64,000 nucleotides of DNA from a bacterium (lineage in GTDB: Bacteria > Patescibacteriota > Minisyncoccia > Phycocordibacterales > UBA9973), in the NCBI GenBank assembly GCA_037200905.1, contig JBBCGN010000001.1, positions 180,795 to 244,794 on the forward strand, read 5' to 3'. Made by a program: the position numbers and the translations under genes. A model generated the notes under the pieces. That model searched no databases. It saw only the letters and a program-made list of their open reading frames with translations, and was not told the origin of the DNA. This document shows positions 34,952 through 42,709 of this stretch, piece after piece; position 1 is the first letter of the stretch; the number at the start of each line of letters is the position of its first letter.

Positions 34952-35906
34952 TTATTTACTCATGACCATGCCCAAGAGGTCTACCCTGATGCCTGCATAG
35001 AAGGCGCCCCAGGTGCCTGTGAGCCCCGTTCCCCTTAACAGGAGCGGAAAATTCAGCGCATGCCAGTCACGTTCATAACCGAACAGAAATCTCAGCTTGC
35101 CCATGGGCTTCATGGGAATGTTGTATGATCCTTCTATCTTGCCGGTCGATTCGCCCGGCACGATGCGATCATAACTTGCCTTCTTTCCGGTAAGCAGAGT
35201 TGGCAACTGCAGATCAACAAGTCCTGACCAGTGTTTCGTATCATACTTTGCTTTGACGCGCAGAGCATGCACCAGCGTGCCTTTCGGCTGCCACGTGTTG
35301 AACGGCGCGCCGAGATCGGTGGGGAGCATGACGTTAGCTTCGAGAAAAAGCTTCTTATTCTCGGAATAATTCCGTTCCCACTGGCCCACCAGATACAAGG
35401 TGCTGTAATAGGTGCCACGGATGCCCGACACTTTCTCATGCACGGCATCGCTCACATCCTGAAATGCCTGATTCTTGGGCCCGGGCACGACGGATCCTAA
35501 AAAATAGGAAATCCTGTTCCAGGCGGGACCGACGTACAGCCTCCCGCCAGCAAGCTTGCGCGTATACACGATACCGAGCGCGCTATGAAAGCCTGACTGG
35601 CCCAGAGATCGCGACTCGATAGAATACGCACGGTCATACCTGTCATAGCTCTGCCACAGCCTGCCCGCCTGCCATGATCGATATGTGCTTATGCACATTG
35701 AGGATGAACTGCGTTCCTGCGGAAAGGCGCCAGGTCATGTTGAACCTGTTACCGCCTGAAGGAAGATAGCTCTGAATCTCCGCGAAAAGCGGCACGATGA
35801 GTATCGGAAACGAGTGAGAAGGTTTTCTCGGTACGGAATCGGTTTTCTGCGCCTTGCCTGCAAGGCCTGCCGCAGAGATGAGCAGAAGAAGAGCGATACG
35901 CTTCAT
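34952..35906 (-). CDS. secreted beta-strand-rich protein (hypothetical), one frameshift
   Basis: Signal peptide MKRIALLLLISAAGLAGKAQ (Met24 of ORF 35643..35975). It joins ORF 34952..35698 near 35700 as ...LSAGTQFILNV|ISTYRSWQAGRLWQSYDRYDRAYSIE.... The sequence has an alternating aromatic/polar pattern. A terminator hairpin lies at 34905-34935. Confidence 0.5.
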
Positions 35907-35993
35907 GTTTTTTATTTTTAAAAGGTGAACAATCTGATTCGTCAAAACACTACCATATTTTATAGTAAATGTCAAATATGACTGCTTGGCCCG

Positions 35994-37883
35994 CTACAGG
36001 ATCTTCAGCTCCCCTCCCGGCTCGCCCTTGAGTATGAATTCCGCCACTTTGTTCTCTACCAGTTCCTCGATGGCGCGCTTGATAGGGCGGGCGCCGAACT
36101 CCGGATCAAAGCCGGCCGCAGAGACTTTATCTATGAGGGCATCGCTGATTTCCAGTTTGATATTCTTATCAGCCTGCAGGCGCTCGGCGAATTCTTCGAG
36201 CAGGAGCTTGGCGATGCTGCGGGCCTGAGCCGCGTCGAGCGGACGGAAGAGGATGATGCTGTTGAAACGGTTCAGAAATTCCGGCGCGAAGATGTTGTTC
36301 TTTATCAGTCCGTCGACGAGGGTTTTCTTGTCGACGTTCGGGTTGGCGATGATGTCGGCGCTGCCCGCGTTCGACGTGGTGATGATGATTGCTTCCTTGA
36401 AGTTCGCCTCCCGGCCCGACTCGCGGGTCAGGCGACCCTCGTCGAGGACCTGGAGCAGCAGGTTATGGATGACGCGGCTGGCTTTCTCGAGCTCGTCGAA
36501 GAACACGAGCGACAGCGGCGCTTCCTCGATGACGGCGGTGAGCCGGTCGGCGAAGGCGCCGACCGAGTCCGGCTGGGAGAATTCGCTCATGTCGAAACGG
36601 ATCATGGCGTTCTTCCTGCCGAAGTAGCTCTCGGCCAATATCTTTGCCGTATAGGTCTTTCCCACGCCGGTCGGACCGAGGAAAAGGAAGCTGCCGGCCG
36701 GTTTGCTCGGATCGTTCACGCCGGTACGCAGGCGGCGCAGGGCCTCCGACACGTCTTTCACGGCCTCGTCCTGCCCCACGATCTTCTTGCGCATATTTTC
36801 TTCGAGGTCGAGCAGGACTTTCTTCTCGTCGGCGCCCATGGCCCCGACGGGCACATTGGTCTTGTCGGATATCACTTGGCGCACGTCGTCGATGGTGATG
36901 GCCCGGTGGAGCGAGCGAAGCTCGTCGAGTATCAGGAGCGACTTCATAGGCTGGGGCTGGTTGCCGATGAGGCGGTCCGTCAGGCGGATGATTTCCATCA
37001 GGGCCTCATCGCCGACAGCCACGCCTTCGACGCTGGTCTCGTTCTTCAGGATGGCGAGCGTCTCCTCGGCGGTCGTCGGCTCGATGTCTATCTTCTCGAA
37101 TTTGGAAAGGAATTCCGGATAATTTTTCAGCACTCTGTCGTAATTTGAAAAATCCGTAGTGACGATGATGCCGAGATGGCGCGAGTTCAGGTACGGCGCC
37201 AGTTTGTCATAGATGCCGGTATACGAATGGATATTCTCGATGGCCACGATGACGTTGCCGGCCTTCGAGGCTTCTTCCAGGGATTTGTCGAAATCATCTG
37301 CCGTGATGTTCTCGGCAGAAAGCTCCACCACGCGGTGATTCTGGATGCTCGGGAACGACAGGCCGCTCTCGCCGAGGCGGGCCAGGTATTTGATGATGGT
37401 GGACTTGCCCACGCCGGTGTCGCCGACGAGGAGGACATTGTGATTGTTCTCCTTGGAAAATGCGCGTTCGATCATGCGGAAGACGCGCTCCTTGCCGAAA
37501 AACTTCTCGCCGGGATCGGTAGCGAGTTCGCGGCTGTGCTTGTTGAGCGTATAGGTGTTGCCGTACGAGAGCGAAGCGCCGAAGCTGCCGAGGCCCTGCA
37601 GGCGCTCGCGGCCGATCTTCACCGGCAGGATGAGGAATATCGGAAACAAGCATATCATCACGGCAGTAAACGCGAGGCCGAGGGCGATGAGCACGATGCG
37701 AGCCGCAAAACCGAGCACTCGGGAGATGATGCCGAAGACGAATTTCTCGAACCAGGAGTAGCCTGAGCCGTCGGCCGTGTCCATCTTCCACGGCGCGAAG
37801 AGAGTCTTCACGAGGAGCCGTATGGAAAAGACGTTGAAAGCGAAAATCACCAGATTCTTCCACGACTGTATGCCCGAATTCAT
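35994..37883 (-). CDS. Clp/Hsp100-family AAA+ ATPase with an N-terminal membrane anchor in place of the Clp_N domain
   Basis: N-terminal hydrophobic helices (LVIFAFNVFSIRLLV; ARIVLIALGLAFTAVMICLFPIFLILPV). D1 Walker A VLLVGDTGVGKST. D2: KKIVGQDEAV, FLFLGPTGVGKTYTAK, LVFFDELEKA, IIITTSNAG, FAPEFLNRFNSIILFRPL, GARPIKRAIE. Confidence 0.85.
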   Translation of the reverse strand: MNSGIQSWKNLVIFAFNVFSIRLLVKTLFAPWKMDTADGSGYSWFEKFVFGIISRVLGFAARIVLIALGLAFTAVMICLFPIFLILPVKIGRERLQGLGSFGASLSYGNTYTLNKHSRELATDPGEKFFGKERVFRMIERAFSKENNHNVLLVGDTGVGKSTIIKYLARLGESGLSFPSIQNHRVVELSAENITADDFDKSLEEASKAGNVIVAIENIHSYTGIYDKLAPYLNSRHLGIIVTTDFSNYDRVLKNYPEFLSKFEKIDIEPTTAEETLAILKNETSVEGVAVGDEALMEIIRLTDRLIGNQPQPMKSLLILDELRSLHRAITIDDVRQVISDKTNVPVGAMGADEKKVLLDLEENMRKKIVGQDEAVKDVSEALRRLRTGVNDPSKPAGSFLFLGPTGVGKTYTAKILAESYFGRKNAMIRFDMSEFSQPDSVGAFADRLTAVIEEAPLSLVFFDELEKASRVIHNLLLQVLDEGRLTRESGREANFKEAIIITTSNAGSADIIANPNVDKKTLVDGLIKNNIFAPEFLNRFNSIILFRPLDAAQARSIAKLLLEEFAERLQADKNIKLEISDALIDKVSAAGFDPEFGARPIKRAIEELVENKVAEFILKGEPGGELKIL

Positions 37884-37962
37884 AGCGATATTTTACCACA
37901 GGGCCCGGCCCGCACCAAGGCGCGGCCATAGACGAAAAAACATCCCTGTGAGGGGATGTTGA

Positions 37963-38439
37963 TCAGATTGGGAGCAGAAGCACTACGGTGTGCGGACGGA
38001 ATTTGCCTTCGAGGATCACTCTGTTGACCATGCGCTTGATCACGGTCACAAAGACGTCTTTGGAAAAGCCGGAAAATCCGAGCAGACGATCGATTTCGTA
38101 ATAGGCCGTCTCATAAATATGCGTGGCATCTTTGTGAAGTACGGGATATGCCCGGGGATCGAACGGATCCAAGACATGCTTGCCGCCATGCGCCCTGACC
38201 TTTTCTATCAGGTCAGCAATGAGGTTCACCAGCCTGTTGTGCTGCTTGAAATTGTACTTCCCGTTATATTTCGGCAACCGCACATCGGGCAAATGATTCG
38301 GGATTTCAGAAATTATATGCGCTGGCAAGATATCAGCCAAGGTCGGCATATCGGGCAGAAATTGCCGCACGGCACGGGTCAGAGAGACAGCATTGACATA
38401 GCCTCCGTAGCTCCTGCATTCTTTTTTATTTCTTTTCAT
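37963..38439 (-). CDS. hypothetical protein
   Basis: ORF 37963..38514. I take the start as Met26 (MKRNKKECRSYGG). No motif recognised. Confidence 0.45.
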   Translation of the reverse strand: MKRNKKECRSYGGYVNAVSLTRAVRQFLPDMPTLADILPAHIISEIPNHLPDVRLPKYNGKYNFKQHNRLVNLIADLIEKVRAHGGKHVLDPFDPRAYPVLHKDATHIYETAYYEIDRLLGFSGFSKDVFVTVIKRMVNRVILEGKFRPHTVVLLLPI

Positions 38440-38519
38440 GCAACGAACTGTTTTATGCTGTATATTATAGCAAAAATATATGGGATAGTCAATAGCATGT
38501 CCTGCCTGTCGCACAAGCT

Positions 38520-38978
38520 TTACTGAAAGATCTTGACGAGAGCAGCAACGCCCTCTTCAAGGGCGTGCACTTGATTGCCGAGGATATTGGCGAGCTCGGC
38601 GTTCACGGTGACGGTATCGTCCTGCCCTGCCGTCTCCCATTTTTTCATGAGTTCTACTTCGTGCTCCGAGTGGATTATCTCGTTGGCGATGTCTTCTATG
38701 TCTTCGAGCAGTTTTGTCTGGCTCTCGTCGAGCTGCGGGCCGAAATCTTTCTTCAGGCGGAAGACGGTCGAGCGGAGCTCGCCGACGGCGAGATGCAGCT
38801 TGATGAGCTTGTGCACGTCGAGATTGTGAAAACGCTCGGACGCCGGCCCCTTGTAGTCGAAGGTGCCCCAATAGCGCTCGTCGCGGTCGAAGTCTGCCGC
38901 GATCTTCTCTATTATCTTTTTGAGGGCCGGCTGTATTTCGTGCATTTCTTTAGGCGTTTGCGGTGATTCGAATCCCAT
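38520..38978 (-). CDS. hypothetical helical protein (152 aa)
   Basis: ORF tightly packed between neighbouring genes on the same strand. No motif recognised. Confidence 0.5.
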   Translation of the reverse strand: MGFESPQTPKEMHEIQPALKKIIEKIAADFDRDERYWGTFDYKGPASERFHNLDVHKLIKLHLAVGELRSTVFRLKKDFGPQLDESQTKLLEDIEDIANEIIHSEHEVELMKKWETAGQDDTVTVNAELANILGNQVHALEEGVAALVKIFQ

Positions 38979-38996
38979 ATGTCGATTATAGCACTT

Positions 38997-39719
38997 TTAC
39001 TTCTTTCCCTTCTTCCACTCTTCAATATCCTTATGGTTTCCGGAGAGCAATACGGGTGGTACTTTATAGCTCTTATTCTTGTATTTCAAAATTTCCGGCC
39101 GCGTGTAGACCTCGCTCGAGGACACGCGCTCCTCTTCGAGCGATTCGTATTTGCCGAGCACGCCAGGAATCTGGCGCGAGATGGAATCGATCAAGAGCAT
39201 GGCCGGCAGCTCGCCGCCGGTCAGGACATAATCCCCCACGGAAACCTCTTCCGCCTTGAAAATCTTTTTCACGCGGGCATCGATGCCTTCGTACCGGCCG
39301 CAGATCATGATGATGTCGGTATATTTCTTCACAGCTGATTTTGCGTATGCCGTCTCGAACCTCTTTCCTGACGGAGAGAAAAGAATTATTTTAATCTTCG
39401 AGCCGCTCAGAAGTTTTCTGAATGGTCTGGCCGAGGCAGTAGCCGAGGAGATCCGAGGACCTGAAGAAAACTTCTGAGCGGTGAGAACTGCCTTCTCAAT
39501 CGCTTTCAGCATCGGCTCGGCACGCATGACCATGCCCGGGCCGCCGCCATATGGTTTGTCATCGACTGGTCGGTAATTATTCTTTGGAGCTTTGATGAAG
39601 TTGCGCGGATTGTAGAACTTCACATCAATCAGCTTATTCTTCAGTGCCCGCCCGATAATAGACTCATCGAGATATGAGCTGAAGCTGTCGGGAAAAATGG
39701 TGATGATATGAAAACGCAT
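38997..39719 (-). CDS. trmD: tRNA (guanine37-N1)-methyltransferase TrmD
   Basis: MRFHIITIFPDSF, DDKPYGGGPGMVM, ICGRYEGIDARV, SVGDYVLTGGELPAMLLIDSISR, VPPVLLSGNH. I take Met10 of the track ORF as the start. Confidence 0.9.
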   Translation of the reverse strand: MRFHIITIFPDSFSSYLDESIIGRALKNKLIDVKFYNPRNFIKAPKNNYRPVDDKPYGGGPGMVMRAEPMLKAIEKAVLTAQKFSSGPRISSATASARPFRKLLSGSKIKIILFSPSGKRFETAYAKSAVKKYTDIIMICGRYEGIDARVKKIFKAEEVSVGDYVLTGGELPAMLLIDSISRQIPGVLGKYESLEEERVSSSEVYTRPEILKYKNKSYKVPPVLLSGNHKDIEEWKKGKK

Positions 39720-39763
39720 AAGCACACTATAGTATAAAAACAGCAAATAAAAAAGCCTGAACT

Positions 39764-39805
39764 AAAGTGACACACTTTCGGCCTATGCTAAGTTTGTGTC
39801 ACTTT
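39764..39805. repeat. hairpin module A (inverted copy of module B)
   Basis: AAAGTGACACA (39764-39774) pairs with TGTGTCACTTT (39795-39805). The loop contains GCCTATGC. It abuts the stop codon of 39806..40282. Confidence 0.8.
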
Positions 39806-40282
39806 TCATGTATACGGTTTGGCCAGTTTGAAGGTCTTTATGCATTCCTTCAGCTTTATTTCTTTCATATACTCCAAAAAGTCTTTGGGCAGGGGCGACG
39901 GTCCTACCCAGACGCTCTTTTGTATCATGCTGTAGCCGAATTTTTTGAGATGAAAACGGAACCATTCCCTTTCAGCTTTCTGTGCCACCGGCACGTCAAA
40001 CATCACCAAGAGATCCTTTACTGAACTCATCGTCGCCGGCTTGTGAAAAATCCGGAGCGAGTCTGCCTTTTTCCTCAAATATTCCCTACCCTTAGCGGTC
40101 AAGATAAAACCGTTCAATTCTTTCCTGATCAGGTCATTTTTCGCCAATCTATCGGCACTAGACCGGAGGCTTCTCTTCGAGTAACGGCCAAGCCGAGGCA
40201 CACCGAAAAGATTTACTGGTATCCCTTTATATTTCAGCTGTGTGCGCGAAAGTTCCCTTAAAATTTCTTCCACCAGAGACAT
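39806..40282 (-). CDS. PaaX-like regulator: winged-helix N-terminus plus a Cas2-like/PaaX_C-like ferredoxin-fold domain
   Basis: I take Met45 (MSLVEEILRELSRT) as the start, because upstream codons cross hairpin B. wHTH-like text: RSLRSSADRLAKNDLIRKELNGFILTAKGREYL. C-terminal text LLVMFDVPVAQKAEREWFRFHLKKFGYSMIQKSVWVGPSPLP matches the PaaX/Cas2-like pattern (hhhhaD.P...R..h+..L...GF..h..ShWhsP). Confidence 0.5.
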   Translation of the reverse strand: MSLVEEILRELSRTQLKYKGIPVNLFGVPRLGRYSKRSLRSSADRLAKNDLIRKELNGFILTAKGREYLRKKADSLRIFHKPATMSSVKDLLVMFDVPVAQKAEREWFRFHLKKFGYSMIQKSVWVGPSPLPKDFLEYMKEIKLKECIKTFKLAKPYT

Positions 40283-40306
40283 GCCCGCATCATATCTCAA
40301 ACTGCC

Positions 40307-40346
40307 AAATGACACAAACCCCGCATAGGCAGAGTTTGTGTCATTT
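40307..40346. repeat. hairpin module B (inverted copy of module A)
   Basis: AAATGACACAAAC (40307-40319) pairs perfectly with GTTTGTGTCATTT (40334-40346). The loop contains GCATAGGC, the reverse complement of the loop core of module A. Confidence 0.8.
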
Positions 40347-40429
40347 CGTTGTGCATATGTATAAATAAAAAACGGCCAAATAAAAAAGCTTCCGCCGTGG
40401 AAGCTTTTAAACATGCAAAAATTAAGGAA

Positions 40430-41083
40430 TCATTCGGTCACCGCCCACTCGCCTGCTAAAAACTTTTCTGACATAGTTTCCTTGTACGCATCAATGAGCG
40501 AATCGATGTCGGGATTAAGCAGTAGTATTTTTTCAACGATATCCGCTTTCAGTGTCTTTTCCGTCTCCCGCAATTCTACAGCTTCTTCAAACTTTTTTGC
40601 TCTCACATATCCATGCTTTTCTGTTTTTATATCATCGAGCCTCACCTCGAGGTGCAGTATCTCATCGTTAAGCGTAATGCGTTCATGGATATCTTCCGGA
40701 AGATACAGGATGGCCTGAAAGCCGGTCGTGAGTTCGGAAAGGTACGCGAGCGGTTCGTGGAAGGAGATAGGAACGAAATAATTTTTCTCGCGCACTTCGA
40801 TGCATAGCACCATTTTCTTCTTGCGGCCATGGCTGACTTCCTGAGGAAGCATGCCGTTGAATTCGCCCGGAGAGAAAGTGACGCACCCCTTGCCAATAAG
40901 GGGCAAGGTGATCTTTATATTCTGGGAAATCAATCCGCCCCTTTCTTCAGGAAGCCTGAGTCCGGGCGTAGTGATCTTGCCACCCAGAGCTACGATTTTG
41001 AGGCAGAGATCGGTAAAATTGCCGTGCCTCGGCAAGAGGAAAATCCTTTTGTCATCGCCAATGACGAGTTCTGTAATTTTCAT
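40430..41083 (-). CDS. hypothetical protein with a UVR-like motif
   Basis: 217 aa. VRAKKFEEAVELRETEKTLKADI resembles the UvrB/UvrC (UVR) helical hairpin motif. The rest is unassigned. It occupies the position where rimM is often found, between rpsP/KH and trmD. Confidence 0.45.
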   Translation of the reverse strand: MKITELVIGDDKRIFLLPRHGNFTDLCLKIVALGGKITTPGLRLPEERGGLISQNIKITLPLIGKGCVTFSPGEFNGMLPQEVSHGRKKKMVLCIEVREKNYFVPISFHEPLAYLSELTTGFQAILYLPEDIHERITLNDEILHLEVRLDDIKTEKHGYVRAKKFEEAVELRETEKTLKADIVEKILLLNPDIDSLIDAYKETMSEKFLAGEWAVTE

Positions 41084-41165
41084 GATTATTAAGTTTTAGA
41101 GTTACAAAATCGGTTTTGCTGTAATAATACTATATTTTTCAAAAAAGTCAATTCATCTCCTGCAC

Positions 41166-41197
41166 ACAAAAAACTCGGATTGCTCCGAGTTTTTTGT
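41166..41197. terminator. bidirectional terminator after the KH-domain gene
   Basis: AAAAAACTCGG-attgct-CCGAGTTTTTT. Confidence 0.8.
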
Positions 41198-41213
41198 GTA
41201 TTTATTTTAAAAA

Positions 41214-41552
41214 CTAGATTCCTTTGAGATCTTCCATCGCCTCATCAACGGTTTTCATCGTTGGACTGGCTGGGCGTTCATGGACGATGTCTGCATGCGT
41301 GCCTCCTTCCGGCTCGTTGATCTTCAGGTTCACGCGGGCATTGTTCTTCATGCCGATGATGCGGAGCAACGTGCGGATGGCTTTCGCAGTGTTGCCCATG
41401 CGGCCGATGATCTTGCCCATGTCGGCAGGATTGACGGTGAGGGTGATGAGCACGCCCATCTCGTCGACAGTGCGGTCTATCTCTACGTCGTCAGGATTAT
41501 CGACGAGGGCTTTCACTACGTACTCGAGGAAGGCCTTATCAGTGTCTTGCAT
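41214..41552 (-). CDS. KH-domain RNA-binding protein (YlqC/UPF0109-like)
   Basis: LEYVVKALVDNPDDVEIDRTVDEMGVLITLTVNPADMGKIIGRMGNTAKAIRTLLRIIG contains the GxxG KH loop. It shows the usual synteny after rpsP. Confidence 0.85.
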   Translation of the reverse strand: MQDTDKAFLEYVVKALVDNPDDVEIDRTVDEMGVLITLTVNPADMGKIIGRMGNTAKAIRTLLRIIGMKNNARVNLKINEPEGGTHADIVHERPASPTMKTVDEAMEDLKGI

Positions 41553-41749
41553 ATCAGATATTATATTTAAATTTTAAAATTGGAGTGCAACGACCAAAAA
41601 GCGAACTGCACTACCTATGCGTATAGTATAACAACAAGCGAGAGACGGAAGCAAGCAAACTTGTTTATAGTCCGAGCGCCGTTGTTATATGGTAATCCAT
41701 ATAACAAGCGGAGTGGAAAAGGCGCAAGCCTGTCCCGCAGCAGGCGAGG

Positions 41750-42058
41750 CTATTTCGCCGCCTTCATTTCTTTTCGCTTGCCGGTAGGCTTCTTCTTGGA
41801 CAAGACGTTGATCTTCTTGCCCGGGATGACTTTCTCGTGCACGAGGAAATTGTGCATAGTATCGGAGAGCTTGGCGCCCTTGCTCATCCAGTATTTGATG
41901 CGGTCAGCCTTGAAAGCAGTCTCTCCGGCCTTGGGATTGTAGGTACCCACGATCTCGAGGAATCGGCCGCTCTTGGTGCTGTTCTTGGAATCGGTCAAAA
42001 CCGCCCTGAAAGCCGGGTCGTTCTTCCTGCCGATGCGCTGTAATCTGATCTTTAACAT
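41750..42058 (-). CDS. rpsP: 30S ribosomal protein S16
   Basis: I take Met55 of ORF 41750..42220 as the start: MLKIRLQRIGRKNDPAFRAVLTDS...GTYNP...DRIKYWMSKGAKLSDT. Confidence 0.9.
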   Translation of the reverse strand: MLKIRLQRIGRKNDPAFRAVLTDSKNSTKSGRFLEIVGTYNPKAGETAFKADRIKYWMSKGAKLSDTMHNFLVHEKVIPGKKINVLSKKKPTGKRKEMKAAK

Positions 42059-42167
42059 ACGGAACAGCTTAACATATTTTTGGAAAAAGGCAAACCCCGC
42101 CGCGGCGGGGCGAATAAAAAACCGCCCAAGCATTTGCTTGAGCGGTAAACCTACCATAATACACGAA

Positions 42168-42638
42168 TCAATAATGATACACACGAACCTGTCCATAACC
42201 GGCTGCGCCATAAGCGACATTTCTGATTACAGCACCTAACACGTTGCCGGCAACGCCTCTGTTACGGCCATAATTTCCTGAACCGTAATAGTTGTTGTAC
42301 CAGCCATCATAAGCTTCCTGCGCAGTCTGATACTTGTGACGCTTGCCATTGTTGCCATCTACCACTTCACCGTTTCTATTGGTCATAGTGTAAATCCAAC
42401 CCTGGAGACGTGCACCCTTGTACAAAGGTATAAGGGTAACGACATTGCCATTCGGCAGCTCTGTGATTGTGATCTGGTTAGTGGCAGTACCGCCCGTACG
42501 GGTGTTTATGCCGTTGGTGGTAGTCCTGTTGTTGCTCTCATCCTGCGTACCGCTTACGGTAGTCCGGCGAGCTGCGCCGCATGAAGTAAGGGTTACGATT
42601 ACGATAGCGGCAATAACTGAATAGATTGAACTTTTCAT
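42168..42638 (-). CDS. putative lipoprotein (156 aa), Asn/Gly/Tyr-rich
   Basis: MKSSIYSVIAAIVIVTLTSCGAA carries a signal peptide with the lipobox LTSC. Confidence 0.6.
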   Translation of the reverse strand: MKSSIYSVIAAIVIVTLTSCGAARRTTVSGTQDESNNRTTTNGINTRTGGTATNQITITELPNGNVVTLIPLYKGARLQGWIYTMTNRNGEVVDGNNGKRHKYQTAQEAYDGWYNNYYGSGNYGRNRGVAGNVLGAVIRNVAYGAAGYGQVRVYHY

Positions 42639-42709
42639 ATACTTTTTATTTAATTTTCAATGAAGAATTACGAACGATATCTTATACAGTATAGCATATT
42701 TTATACCTA

